Shown here: in pieces, positions 35,290-48,488 of the stretch | Layout of the letters: the number at the start of each line of letters is the position of its first letter | Numbering within the stretch: position 1 is the first letter of the stretch | From: Girardia tigrina | Lineage: Eukaryota | Direction of reading: 5' to 3' | Assembly (NCBI GenBank): GCA_001938485.1 | Contig: MQRK01179368.1 | Location: 5,408-54,853, forward strand | DNA length: 49,446 nt | Made by a program: the position numbers and the translations under genes | The notes under the pieces: generated by a model | The model's input: the letters and a program-made list of their open reading frames with translations, nothing else | Databases searched by the model: none | Told to the model about the DNA's origin: nothing

Positions 35290-36050
35290 TATTATTTTTA
35301 TTAATTATTACTACTTTTATAAATACTATTATTATTTTGACTTTTGAAAAAAGTATCATTATTATTGCCATAATAATATTATTACTTTATTACTGGTATT
35401 ATTATCATTACTATGGCTATTATTAATATTACTATCTTCAATTATTTAAAATTAATACATTTTATAATTAATTATTATTATAATTATTTTTATCATTAAT
35501 ATAAATTATTATATTTATTATATTTCCCTTTAGTCGAATTTTTCCTTCTTCCTCAGGGACCCATTCATTATGGGGGTACTCCTGATTTGGAGGGAAAAAG
35601 TTGTCATGGGCGTTAATATTATTTTATTACTATTATTATTGTCGAAAAAAATTAAAATTAAAAATTATTTTATTATTATTATATTTTATTTTTGTTATTA
35701 GTATTATTATCATTTATTATTAATTATTTATATAATTCAATTATTCATATTATTATTATTGATATTATTATCAGTATTTTATTATTTATATTATTATAAT
35801 TAATATTAACCATTATTACTGTTATCTAATTTATCCTTATTAATGTTATTATTATATTTATTATCAACATTATTATATTATGATTATCATTATTATTATT
35901 ACTATTTTAATAATTTTAATAATTATTATTATCATTATTCAGTATTAATTATTATTATTTAATTACTAGTATTATCTATTATTATAAGTATCATTTAGTA
36001 TTATTATTATATTAATATTTATTATTATTATAGTTATATTACTACTAAAA
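35290..36050. repeat. Degenerate (TAT)n low-complexity tract
   Basis: About 750 bp dominated by TATTAT, with a short GC-richer island at 35530-35615. Confidence 0.85.
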
Positions 36051-36175
36051 AATTTATTTATAAAAAATTATAAACTTACCAAGTTTTGAATAAAATAAAA
36101 AATAGAAACAAAATCCACGAACAACGAAGGATATTAATTAAAATGCCCTTTTTACTTCATTGGGCCAATTAATTA

Positions 36176-36374
36176 GGTGCAAGTTCACCGATCAAATTAT
36201 AAAATATACGGTGCAGGCGCACCTCGTTTTGGAAGTTGGCATTTTTGCCATTTTTACATTCATAGATTCAAGCGCACCGAGAAAAAAAAACATGATGCAA
36301 GCGCATCATTAAATTTGTGCAATCGCACCTTAATTAAAATATAACATGACAGGTGCTTGTGCACCTGCCATGTT
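36176..36374. repeat. Cluster of six 14-bp palindromic motifs, consensus GGTGC-N4-GCACC
   Basis: Copies start at 36176, 36210, 36265, 36294, 36316 and 36352. Confidence 0.8.
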
Positions 36375-37489
36375 CAGGCCAAATTCCCAAAATGGGAAAG
36401 TAATTATTTTTTTCTTTTAAAAAATAAAAATTATATAATTTTATAAAAAATAATTTTTAATTTTTAATAAAATTTTTTAAATTAATATATTTTTTTTATA
36501 AAAATCGGGCATAAATACCCGTACAAATTTACATAAAGTTAACACTAAAAATTTATAAAATGAAAATTTTAAAGTTTAGGGGCACGCATTTGAAGGTTAC
36601 ATATTTTTTAAATCAAATAAAAGAAAAAGTATAGAGATTTAATCGAGATTCTCAATTGTTATATCCTTCCACTGTGAATATTCGTCAATTTTATTTACTC
36701 AATAAAGTTTTATAGATTTGGTCGTCTGTTATTTATTTTAACGAGAAGTTAATTGTTAAATTCTCTTACGAGAATATTTAAGAAAACAAATTTAAAGAAT
36801 CTCTTTCGAGATTAATTTTGTTGACGATCCTCAAGAGAGGAAGATTTACTGAACCTCAAGCGAGGAGTAATTTTTTAAGGCATTCAGATAGTTGAAAGAA
36901 CCTTCTGAACCCAAAGTCAAATTTCTGGTCGACATTAGAAAACTCAAGAGAGTTAAAAGGTCAATTTTATCAAATACCCAACAATACTCACTAGAAAAAC
37001 GAAAAACATTCGAGTTAGATTTAAACAATGTTTAATTTCATACAACTTAAGTATTATATTATAAAAGTTCTGTTCAAATTGGGAAAATTTTAACATATAT
37101 TGTTAACAAAACTACTGAAGAGTACATGGTAAAAATTTCATTAAATGCGAATGCATAGAACTAATTTTAGAAAGCTTTATTCATCGGCAAAAATTTTTGA
37201 GCCAATCCTGTAGTTTACTCTTTCTAATTTAAATTATTTAATGAACCTAGAAAAGGGAAATGTAATGGTGGTTTGATTGTTGTCATATGGGAATATGAGT
37301 TTTAAATGTATATTAAAGTTAAGTACAGTTAATTGTTCTTCTGTAGATGACTCAGACTTTGAACCTTTCTTTTATCATGACCCTTTAGGACTTTAAGGCC
37401 TTTTCGAATCTCGTATTTTGTTTTAATGTGGTGTCCTTTTCTCAGAAAACTAATCAATAGTGTAAATTATTGTAACCTGAAATTATGGT

Positions 37490-37620
37490 ATCCCGTTCGT
37501 TCATCTCACGTTCATTCATGCCGCGTTTGTTCATACCAAACCCGTTTGACTCGTGTTCGTTCATCCCCGTTAATTTATCCTGATTTTTTTGTTCGTTCAT
37601 CTCGTGTTCATTCATCCGAA
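37490..37620. repeat. Degenerate 15-nt tandem array (CGTTCGTTCATC-like), probably a transposon subterminal repeat
   Basis: About 7 recurrences of GTTC(G/A)TTCAT-like units. Confidence 0.65.
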
Positions 37621-38624
37621 ATTTATTTTAAAGGATCAGCTTTGGTAGATTTACTTTTTTTGTTTTTTTAATTTATTTTTTGTCTTTTTTCTTTCTTTTG
37701 TGTTAGGTAACATATAAACACGACATTTAAATACAAAATAGTTGCACACATACATCTTAGAATTTAATTGAAAAAAACTTATTTATCTAATAAAAGACAG
37801 TGAATTTCAATAGAATACAAAAGTGGGCAGATTATTGATTACTTTTATTCTCAATTTAGTAATTTATTAATTTAAAATTTAAATTTCTTCAAAACCAAAT
37901 CAAAAGACAACAATTTATCAATATAATAATATTTTATATCTATCACGGTACAAATAATAAAACTTCATACAAACAAAAGAAAATATAAAAGGAATTATTT
38001 AAATAAGCCCCTTAACCCTTACCTAACCCCTATTTAACGTTAATTGAGCCGAATATGTAGATTGAACCTATACGTCTTAACTCTTGTTTATTCTTAATAA
38101 TTCAACTACTAACCTAGATTTAACCTTCCAATTTAAATCTGCTTTTGTTCTTTCTTCCTTCTTTCTTTCCTTCTTACAAATAATAATATTTACCTTTTAA
38201 ATATATATAAAAAATTAATATTTTTTAAAAAATGGTCATAAATGTAAATAATAATTTTATATTATTTATGGTTAACTAGAAATAAACTAATTGGCATAAA
38301 AATGTATTCAAATAAAATACATATAATTTACATTCCCAACAAAAGTTAGGAGAAAGACAAACAAACGATAGAATGCAGAAACGTTAATATTTCTTCTCTT
38401 CCATAGGATTCAACGGAACCGGACACTTAATCGCCAGATGCAAATTTAAATAATATGTATTTCAAAATCAAAGATCAAATGTTGCTTTTATTCATTTATA
38501 TTGATTTTTTATATTTTATCAAACTTATTTTTAAATAATTTTAATAAAACCCTAAATTAGAATAACGAAAAAATAAAACACGTTAAATTCAATTTAGAAA
38601 ATTTATTTTATTATTTCTATGTTT

Positions 38625-40930
38625 AATGGCCCCTAATTTTTTAGCCATTCATTTTTAGCCATTTATTGTTTCGCGACTAAAGATCCGGCAACTAAGTGTC
38701 ACGGCCCGGATTCAGCAGTATACTGCACTCTGTCAATAATCTGGCGATACAGTTTCTCCATTGGATGTTTAACACCTTCATTTGTCTGTCGAAACGATGC
38801 TTTCCGTTTAGTCATGTCGCCTCTTAAACAGTTTAAAAAGTTCAATGGACTTTGATGGTGGCAGTCTTTTTCCTCGAAAATAAATATCCTCGAAGAATTT
38901 TAAAAGCTCATACCCCACGACCCGCCAAGCCTACTCTCGCACCAACATTTTGATTTAAATCTACAACAATATAATCAGCTAATTCTTCCACAGCTATATT
39001 TAAGTTATCAATAGGAACAAATGCTAATGATTCAATCATTCTTACTGAAAGAGAAATTCAGGATCATTATTTGATTTTTGTAGTAAGCCTTCGTTTGAAA
39101 TCTTTCTTTTCAGATTTCTTAATATGGGAAAATAACAGCGATTGATATGAATTCTTGGAAATGATACCCTGCATCAGGGGTGGGCACACTTAAACGTTGT
39201 ACGATCGACTAAAATTGTTATTATTTAACTGCGACCGACTAAAAGTTTTAATATTTAACTGCGATCGACTCTTTGAGAAATGAGAAAACATAACACAGTA
39301 TATTTATTAATTTTATTATAATGTAAATGTAATAAATGTTGTGAAAATGTCTTCTTCTCGCGTCGTACCTTTCATCGGAAGAATTGGTAAAAATTCCTCT
39401 TTTGTCGAAATATCGGAGAATATCATTCTTATAAACATTATTAATCGTGAAGTATCAATGTCATCAGTTGATTCATCAAATTGTCCATAAAAGAAGCTGC
39501 AGTTTTGTATGTGATCTTCCAATTGTTCAGTTTATTACGTCGAGTTATAGTTCGGCAAGAAAGTTGCAAATCTTTAATTGCATTAAAAATTTTGTTTTTA
39601 TTTTTAAAGTTATTAAATAATTTTTCACTGCTCTCAAGGAAAGCTTCCATGACGAAAATTTCCCCATCCCGATAATACTTTTTATGTTTTCATAGGAGAT
39701 CACGTAGAATGTTTGAGTGACTAACTTAGATTGTCTCGAAGACTTTCGAAAGGTAAAATGCTATGCGGTTAATTTTAATACATGAATCAATACCAAATTT
39801 TTGAATATTCAAACAAAATCCAATATCATTTTAATTACCATTAATATTTTAACTTTAAACGTTGAATTTTGAATCTAAATTTAAAATCTTATTGCAAATT
39901 TGTGTATTTCCATGTTATTTTTACGATTCGTTTTACTCAGATAAATCTATTGTTAAATATTTAAAAGTTATCTGAAAAAACGTCTGCGATCTACTATCAA
40001 ACAGCTCGCGATCGACCGTTTGTCCATCTCGCCCTACATGAATTTCATGAAGCAATTTAAAAATTCAAATAAACATACGTTGGCCAGATTTCAATTTATA
40101 AACTAATTGATCAAAACTAAATTTTATTACTTTAATAAAATTTATAAAATGATGTCTTAAAACAAAATTTATTACTGTAATATAATTTAACATTTCTGCT
40201 CGCAAATAAATTACTTACTTACTTCGATATTGTACAAAATTTTAATCAATTGTTCAGGCATCTTCAGTTGACTAACGGTAATTTTCAAATTTGAGTCATT
40301 ATTACGGTGATACACGACACATTATCACTCATTTTTTTTATTTGATATAATTCCCTTTCAACTTAAAAAATAAATTAAAAAAAAATAATTGTAATATTTA
40401 CAAACAAATTGAAACAGACAAATTATATATTTCAATATATAATATTTGTTGACAAATACAAAATTTAAGTATTCTGTATGCTGCTCGTATGAACTTATAG
40501 ACACTTTAGCGCTGCAACGCGTGTTAACTATAAAGTCCTCCTTTAATCTAGTCGGAAACTTTTCCTTTGAAGACGAATATTAATAATAATCTAAAATAAT
40601 GATACAATCATTATTTTAGAAATATTGTTTTAATTTTCGGGTTTTATTTTTCGATTCATCTACTTTTTTAACAACGTTTAATTATGAAACAAAAAAACTT
40701 TTAACGATATTTTCCTGAAAATTTATTTTCAGAATTAAAACTTTTTTAAATAAATAAAAATAATTTTAAATTAAAAGTAACTTATAAGAATAAAATTTTT
40801 TTAGTTAATATGAAAAACCAGAACTATAAAAATTTGTTTAAAGATTAATTGACTTTTTAGCTTATTATGTACAACTTTTGGCATGATTTAGACTAAATGG
40901 CTGAAATGGTCTTACTAAGTCAAATTTAGA
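38625..40930 (-). mobile_element. Degenerate Mutator/MULE element interrupted by a hAT
   Basis: SFPRIHINRCYF..LKRKISNEGLLQKSNNDPEF..VRMIESLAFVP matches the MULE DDE C-terminal pattern; inverted TTAGCCATT/AATGGCTGA end motifs. Boundaries approximate. Confidence 0.7.
39175..40031 (-). mobile_element. Internally deleted hAT (Buster/SPIN/GTF2IRD2-like)
   Basis: TSD CCCTGCAT/CCCTACAT; left TIR CAGGGGTGGGCA; GCGATCGAC subterminal repeats; LQLSCRTITRR, QFDESTD and EEFLPILPMKGTT peptides. Confidence 0.88.
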
Positions 40931-41483
40931 AAAAAAACAAAGAAAAGCTCCTCAGTTAGGAAGGTCTTGTTGAAATAGTATTGATTAAAAAACCTTTCTC
41001 TCACCATGGTGGGGGTTGTTCCCGAGTTTCCAAATGAAATTGTTGATTACCTGTCGATAGTTCATGTAGTGACCCAGTCAATTATTATATATAAATTATA
41101 TATAGTAAATTATATATAAAATTATATATATATNNNNNNNNNNNNNNNNNNNNNNNNNNNNNNNNNNNNNNNNNNNNNNNNNNNNNNNNNNNNNNNNNNN
41201 NNNNNNNNNNNNNNNNNNNNNNNNNNNNNNNNNNNNNNNNNNNNNNNNNNNNNNNNNNNNNNNNNNNNNNNNNNNNNNNNNNNNNNNNNNNNNNNNNNNN
41301 NNNNNNNNNNNNNNNNNNNNNNNNNNNNNTAACGAAGAAATTAAACATTTTTATTTATCAAAGTATTATTGGGTAATATGGCAAAAGTTTTTTAATTAAA
41401 AATTTTAAGTATTGAAATAACCTTACTTTGTCAATTCTGAATGTTAATGGATGAATATATTATATATATAAATTAAAAATATG

Positions 41484-41520
<37 letters not shown>

Positions 41521-41959
41521 AATCATTAATATTACTGTTTACAATTATACTATATTGCCTGCGGAGCGTTTTCTTGTCAAATCGGTTCGTAAAGGAGTTT
41601 TCTACAAACCAATTTATCAATATTCCCCCTGAAAGTGCCTCTCTTTATGTGATCTATTTTCTCAAAACCTCGTTGTGCAACCGAATGATTCTCTGACGTT
41701 TCCATCGATATTGTTACACCTGAAAATCATTCCTTGAAACTTTTGAACAACAAATACAAATCGAAATCGAGATTTATCTGTGTCGTTCTCTCTCTCGTAT
41801 GTGATTTTTTTTGTTATATATGTTTATTTATATTCTGTAAAAATAAAAGTTTTATACATATTTATCATGACCCTTTAGGACAGGAAATCTGAAAATACTA
41901 AATTAATTTATAAAAAATAAAGAAATACATGTTTCGAAATTTTTGGGGTTAATCATGCC

Positions 41960-44900
41960 TAGACGTGGGCACGTTTAAAAATTTTCTAAACGTTTAAACG
42001 GTCTTCGTTTAGCAAATTAAACGTTTAGAAAACGTTTAAACGATCTCTAACTTCATAGAGAAACATTGTGACTAGACGTGGGCACATTTAAAAATTTTCT
42101 AAACGTTTAAACGGTCTTCATTTAGCAAATTAAACGTTTAAAAACGTTTAAAAGATCTCTAACTTCATAGAGAAACATTGTGGCTATGCTATATTTTTAC
42201 GAAGCCCATTCATTTCGAAAATTCGTGAATGACAAATTTTTTTGCATAAAATGTTTCCAGGGAATTCCTAAACACAATTTATTTCGAACATTTAATGCAA
42301 AAATAATGTTAAAGTCGCAATAATCATTTCGTTTTTACATATCTGTCACATTCAATGAATGTGATTTCCATTCAAAGATTTTTTCTTTGGTAATACGGCC
42401 TTCAATTTAAATAATAATTTTTACCATCCGTATCTGCATATTTTTTATTGGCGAAGGTGTAATAAATACAGTCACCATCAATATTTTTTCTCTTCTGCTA
42501 TACCTATAATTCAAAATCCGATTCTGATACATTGAATTTTTCATAGCCTATAATGTTAGTTGTCACATGAGCCGCGGTTGTCATATTTTTATTGAGTGAA
42601 AACATTTATTAACAACAAAAACAGGCTCATCGTTACAACTATTTTCAGTAGCACAATCTACGGTAAGCATCATTCTTCGATTGATATATTTTTTATATTT
42701 ATTCAAATCTTTGAATTATGGATGAGATATAAATAATGATAACCTTTAATTTCTCAACATGTTATTGGGTAAGCGTGCATTTAGTAAATTTTATAAAAAA
42801 TATTCGCTCTTAAATTATAATTTGTTTTGGTTTTTTACTTTCATGCTTTATAATAAATTTATTTTGTTATTGGTAATTATTGATTTGTAAAATAGAATTG
42901 AAAAATGTTTTTGTATGAAATTTTCCCTTCCGCAAAGTATTGAAATAGCTACTAATAACATAATAAATTTATTAAAAAATGTAATAGTAATTTTCTGTTA
43001 TACAAAAGATAAAAAACATTCTGTTGACCAAGTAGAGTTCTGTCCGTATAAAGAATGGATATAACAAATTTTGAATTACTATTTATAATTTACTCATTAA
43101 TAATGCTTATTTAGCATATTAAAAATACTTAATGGTAAGATGTTTAAAAAACAATCACTTATAATATGTTAATTTTGAAAATAAATGACGTATTTTCTGC
43201 TAATCGTTTTTAATAAAGTAATTTCAAATTTATTTTCATTTTGATAAAGTCAGTTGAGAGAAAAAAAGCAAACTATTTTGAAAAATAAACAGAAAAAAAT
43301 TAATAAGTTGTTGTGAGTCTCCTTTTATCACGGTTATTATACTTTTGTACTAATTGTAAAAATAACGAATCTGTCTAAATAACTATTAACCACAGATTCG
43401 CTATCTTTACGAAATAAAAATCCCTATGCGTGATAGTCAAAACTAAACTGACCAAAATGAACTTTCCTTCTTTTGATGAGCTTGGTTACAAAAAAAACAA
43501 AATGATTCAAAACCAGAATGAAATAATAATAAATTTATAACGTATAATAACTGAAACAGATACTGTCGGTTTAAAGTTATAACGAAAGTTCACCAAACGA
43601 CTTAATTTTCAGAATTGTTGGGAACGTCTGTCTTCATAATTCGTTGTCGAAAAATTGGTCAGGAATACAACTGTTTAATTTCATATATAAATTATTGATT
43701 TGTAAATCGAATACAAAATTTGAATTCGTATTATGAATTATAATTTATTATAATATCTTAACAACGTAATCTTCTTTCTTTTTCTTTTTTACTGACTATA
43801 ATTTTCTATATTCTTTGCAACTCTTTTCTTTTTACGACTATAATTTTTCTATATCTTTGCAACTCTTTTCTTTTTACGACATTTAATTCGTTTACTTGTT
43901 CAGTAATTTCCTTGATTACACAACCTTACAGGCAAATAAAGAAATAAAATACCATAAAATTAAAATAACAGATATTCATAAAAGAACGCAAGTGTTGTAC
44001 AATAATAAAGATGAGGAAACATGCGAAAGAAAATCTACATGACCACAGTAAAAAATATAAACCTCCAAAAGAAGTAAAAGCAGAGAAATGCATACATGTA
44101 AAATATCGAACACTGTCTATTTACAAAAATGTGGTAGCACACTAATAAACTGCCATAACATGAGGAAATGAAGTGGGTTATGTTTTTGCGTAACCCATGT
44201 CCAAATATTGCGACAAACAATTGATTAAATTTCATCTACAACTCCATGATTTGCTTTGTAGATTGTGGCGTTGAATTAATGTGTTTCACTATAAATTTCA
44301 ATATAAATTAGTTCTGATCATAATAATAATCATCTGACATAATCCCAATTCTACACTCAAATTAACATTGAAACACAACATCAAAAATACCAATTTATAT
44401 CAGTTGGCATTCGGAAAATTAAAAAGAAACAATTCACATAAAATAAATTTCAATATTTAATATATATTAGTTCTCATAATAATATTAATCAAGCATTTTT
44501 CAATCCAAAATCAACAATCAATTTAACATTGAAACACAAAATCAACAATATAAATATTTTGTCATTATTTTGTAAAATTAAAAAAAAATAATTTGCTGAA
44601 CAGAATTCATATGAAATCAAAAATTAAGCAAGATCAATCTATAAAACTTTTTCAATCATCAACAAGTCAAAATTTGCAGTATAATTTTATTAAAAATATA
44701 AATTTTTATCAAACGACGCGATTGACCACCTCGAGGATACTTATGCTGTTGCCGCAAGTAACAGAGTCTTTAATGATATTCATTAATGAATATATATGTC
44801 AAAGCGATCCATACCTTTTTTGACCAACCTAAATAAATCAAGTATCATTATCAATTTAAAATTGGCAATTAAAATTAAACAAATGATTTCAACCGTTCAA

Positions 44901-46645
44901 TTTTACTAATTTCGATTTTATAAAAAAAATATTATGTTAAAAATATTTTGTCTCTATTTCTCTAATGGATTCTGTGATCAATGCTTAAAAATTTTAATTT
45001 ATAAGAAGGTACATAATATATAAAAAAGACTACACTTGTATTTGGTGAGTTTTTAGTTCAACACGATTAACTATAATTCGCCTTTATGATCTGGATTATA
45101 TATCTTATCGATTATCAATTTTATTCCTTTTTAAATATTTTTAGAAAAATTAATTAGTAAATGTTTGATTTATAAATAAAATATAATGGGAAATAAGTTT
45201 GCAAAATTTCAGCTCAAAAAAGAAGGGAAGTTTTTTCTACATAACAGACAAACTGAGTGAATGTATATAACACTTTAAAAAAAACCAGTAAAAATAACAC
45301 TTCATTTGAAAATTGTTATTATAAAAAATTTTCAACGTTATTCTCTAATAATTATAAAATTAAAATATAGGTAATATATTTCATTATATATATTTTTACA
45401 GATTCAAAATAAATTAAATTTAAAATTAATAACTAATAATCTATTTATTTAATAATTAAAATTCTGTTATTTCTTTAAAGTAAAAAATGTCAAATAGTTG
45501 TGAAGTCTATTCAAATAATTAATAAAAAGAAACTGCTTGATTAGTTTTCCTGTTGATGTATCGCTAAATGAAAACAAGTAGCGGAAACCATAGACAGGTT
45601 TCATAAAAACACAATTATAAATGTTATTTTGCATCACTATCGACGATAAATAATTATTTTATCTGTACAACAGGTGAGATATTATAAATAGGACACTCAG
45701 GGAGTGTACAGAAAAATATATAAGAAATTTAAAAAATACATTTTAAATAAAAAAAACTTTAAAGAAAAAAATATACAATACATTTGAAAAATAAATTTTA
45801 AATAAAAAAACTGAAAGATAATTAAAAGTTCATTTAAACAAAGTTCATTTTAAAAAATATCAATTAAATATTTTAATTTTAATGGAAAGAGCAATCATTT
45901 CTTTTCAGATTAGTAATTTTTTCATTTCACATAAAAGTAAAAAAATCATGGAACAACCTTATTTCTTTGGTGTTATTTTTTCTGAAATTTAGAAATCAAG
46001 AAAATAGGCTGAAAATTAAAAAAATGAGGGAGTATTAAGATAAATCAAATGTATTAGTCTTATGAATTTTGATCGATGTATTTTTCCTTGTAATAAATAT
46101 TAAAGAAAATGAAAGAGCTAATATTTAACGAACTTATTAGTTTTCTACAAAAGTAAAATTCTAAATTAATATGATTATATTACATAGCAAAAGAAAATTA
46201 CTAAAATTCATTATAAACATATTGCGTTGGAGAAAGTCTATGAAAGAAGAAAGATTTATAAATTCATTCAGATAAAGGCTATTTGAAATTTTCAGATCTA
46301 GCCGAAAATAAAGTTAAAGCTGTGTCACGTCAAATGCGCCTGATACAAGAAAGAGTTTGATTTAACAGACCAAGCATGGGTGAATTGTGGAAGTACCTCA
46401 CAATTTCATATTTTGCATTTATAGTCCCACGAAAAAGCTAAATAGATTGGGACAATGTGTTCTTTACAAATGAATAGGTCTAAGGCAGCCTGGTTAAAGT
46501 TTCCAAAAAAAGTATAACTCATGTTGTGAGTTTTGAAATACAAACTTAATAATTATACGCTCGTTTAGAAATCACTAAACGTTTAAACGTCCTAAAAAAC
46601 GAAAACGTTTAAACGGTCGTTTAACGCTAAATGTGCCCACCTCTA
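41960..46645 (-). mobile_element. hAT element (4.7 kb with nested inserts) with a tandemly duplicated terminus
   Basis: Perfect TSD ATCATGCC; TIRs TAGACGTGGGCACGTTTA / TAAATGTGCCCACCTCTA; AAACGTTTAAACG subterminal repeats; BED-like YKCKI..AHL relic near 46330-46430. Confidence 0.88.
43787..43880. repeat. Tandem duplication of about 41 bp
   Basis: TTTTAC(T)GACTATAATTTTCTATATCTTTGCAACTCTTTTCT, about 2.2 copies. Confidence 0.8.
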
Positions 46646-46744
46646 ATCATGCCACTTTGTTATTATTAATACTTCCATTAATTTGTTAACTATGAACTTT
46701 CTATACGGGTCTCATATCATATAATTACATTTTTTTTATTTTTA

Positions 46745-47808
46745 GATAGGGAGGACCTACAAGCGAAAGAAGCCTATAACCTACACTCCACAGCTTCTCA
46801 AGCAAGCTCTGGATGCAGTCAAAAGTGGGATCACCAACCCCAATTGAGTGTCTCGTGATTTCCAAACCCAACGCAGCACTATACGACTACATTTGGAAAC
46901 ACTGACGGATAAACGAGTAGGAGTACCTACTACCTTTTCCCCATAACAGGAAGAAGTTTTGCGTAATCGCTTAATATATCGCTGCTAACGAGGTTTTCCG
47001 TTAAAGATTGCACACTTTTTGAAGGTTATCTACATTTTTGGGAAGCTTTTGAAACACCGAAAGTCTCTGCAGTCCGACGCTATGCCACAAAATTGGAGTA
47101 TTCAAAAACGCACATCGGAAGACTGGTGGAAAGGCTTTAAAAAATGCATTCACTGGTGATCTTTTTCACAGCCCAAGATTTATCGAAGGCCAGGGAAGAA
47201 GCCTTCAAACAAGGTCGGGTCCAGAAGTTCTTCAATGATTACCAAGAATTGATAGCTTATTTGTAGAATTTTCCCATATTGATATACAACTATGATGAGA
47301 CAGGGTTTTTCAATGTTCCATAAACAGCCAGGAAAGTTATTACTGAGAAAGGAATGAGCAAGTAACGATTAGTGAATTGGGGACATTAACAATGCTGCTT
47401 TTCAGCGCAAACGCACCGGTGATTATATCCCACCTTTTTTGATATTTAAAGGAGCTGCGCCTAACCTGAAAAACTATTTTCCGAATGCCCATTTAGCGAA
47501 AACTAAGTAGTGGTAAATTGACTATAACACATTTCCTGACTCTCTGAAACACTTTCAAAGGCACAGCATTAAAATGGAAGGGTCTTATAATCATTAAGAA
47601 GCTCTTTGAATCGCATTAAGAGCGGCAGTTCTTTGAATCATTTTTAACAAGACACTACAACCCATTAATTAAAATTCAATATTAGCAAAGTAAAGCCGTT
47701 TCACTTCCTTAAATCTTTACTTAAATAAATACAACATTTTGTCATTATTTATCTGGAGCGGAAAATTAGTCGATTTGACCAAACATTGTTGCCAGTTTCA
47801 GGAGGGTG
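46745..47808 (+). mobile_element. Degenerate pogo/Fot1-like transposase (psq HTH, CENP-B HTH, DDE_1)
   Basis: YTPQLLKQALDAVKSG..RSTI, TTFSP*QEEVL..RGFPL, SEDWWKGFKK, IYNYDETG and IPPFLIFKG peptides. Confidence 0.82.
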
Positions 47809-48488
47809 TAAACGAAAATATAATTGAATTAATAAATTAATAAATTAGAGAAATTGGAGTGATTAAATAAATAAATTTCATTAAATAAAATAATTAAGTT
47901 AAAGAAATAAACAAATTAAAAAAAATATCATTATAATCAAATGTAAACATAAGTTTAATGAGAACTCAAAATCTCATTCGATTGTCCACTCTGTATTTGC
48001 TTGTTGAATTTATTTTTTTTCGAGTCGAACAATTATGTGATTCGGAAAACTGTTTTAATTAAAAGTTTCCGAAATTGATATTTCGCAATAATAATTTGTG
48101 ATCAGCCATGGTGAGCCTCATTTTTATTTTATTTTTTAATGTAATTAATGTATGCGTGAATGTACTGTATTGCATGAATGTGATTATGTAATTTGAGGTG
48201 ATCAAATTGATTTGAATTGACCAATCGGGTGTGAATGTCTGGTAAGTGTATGTTTGTGTTTGTGTGTATGAATGTAATTTGTATTAATGTTAAATAATTG
48301 ATTGGTTGAGTGTGTGTGATTTTTTTATGTATGTGTGTTTGTGAATAACACTCACATAAATGAATTTAAAGAAATTTTTGAATGAAAGTTGAAATGAGTT
48401 GTATTAAAAATTTTGAAAGAACAAATAAAATATTTCAAGTTGGAAAATAATTTTTTGTCTTCATTTTCAATTCTACGTAAACTTAATA

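Larger units (their letters stand above)
34348..37210 (-). mobile_element. Internally deleted mariner (coding relic about 35025-34420); probable partner TIR at 37210 beyond about 2 kb of nested sequence
   Basis: TA|CAGGTTTGGCTCAAAAGTTT versus the reverse complement of AAATTTTTGAGCCAATCCTG|TA; EDEPRSGRP, PPYSPDLAP and GIEKLPGRWQRCIEHDGEY peptides. The TIR pairing is inferred. Confidence 0.65.

Noticed and set aside
36176-36374. CRISPR-like reading of the palindrome cluster
   Set aside because: Repeats are only 14 bp and degenerate, spacers are irregular, there are no cas genes, and the context is eukaryotic.
41717-41750. Candidate left TIR for the pogo element ending at 47808
   Set aside because: Weak, gapped match; it may instead belong to a Tc1-like N-terminal relic at about 41555-41710 on the minus strand.
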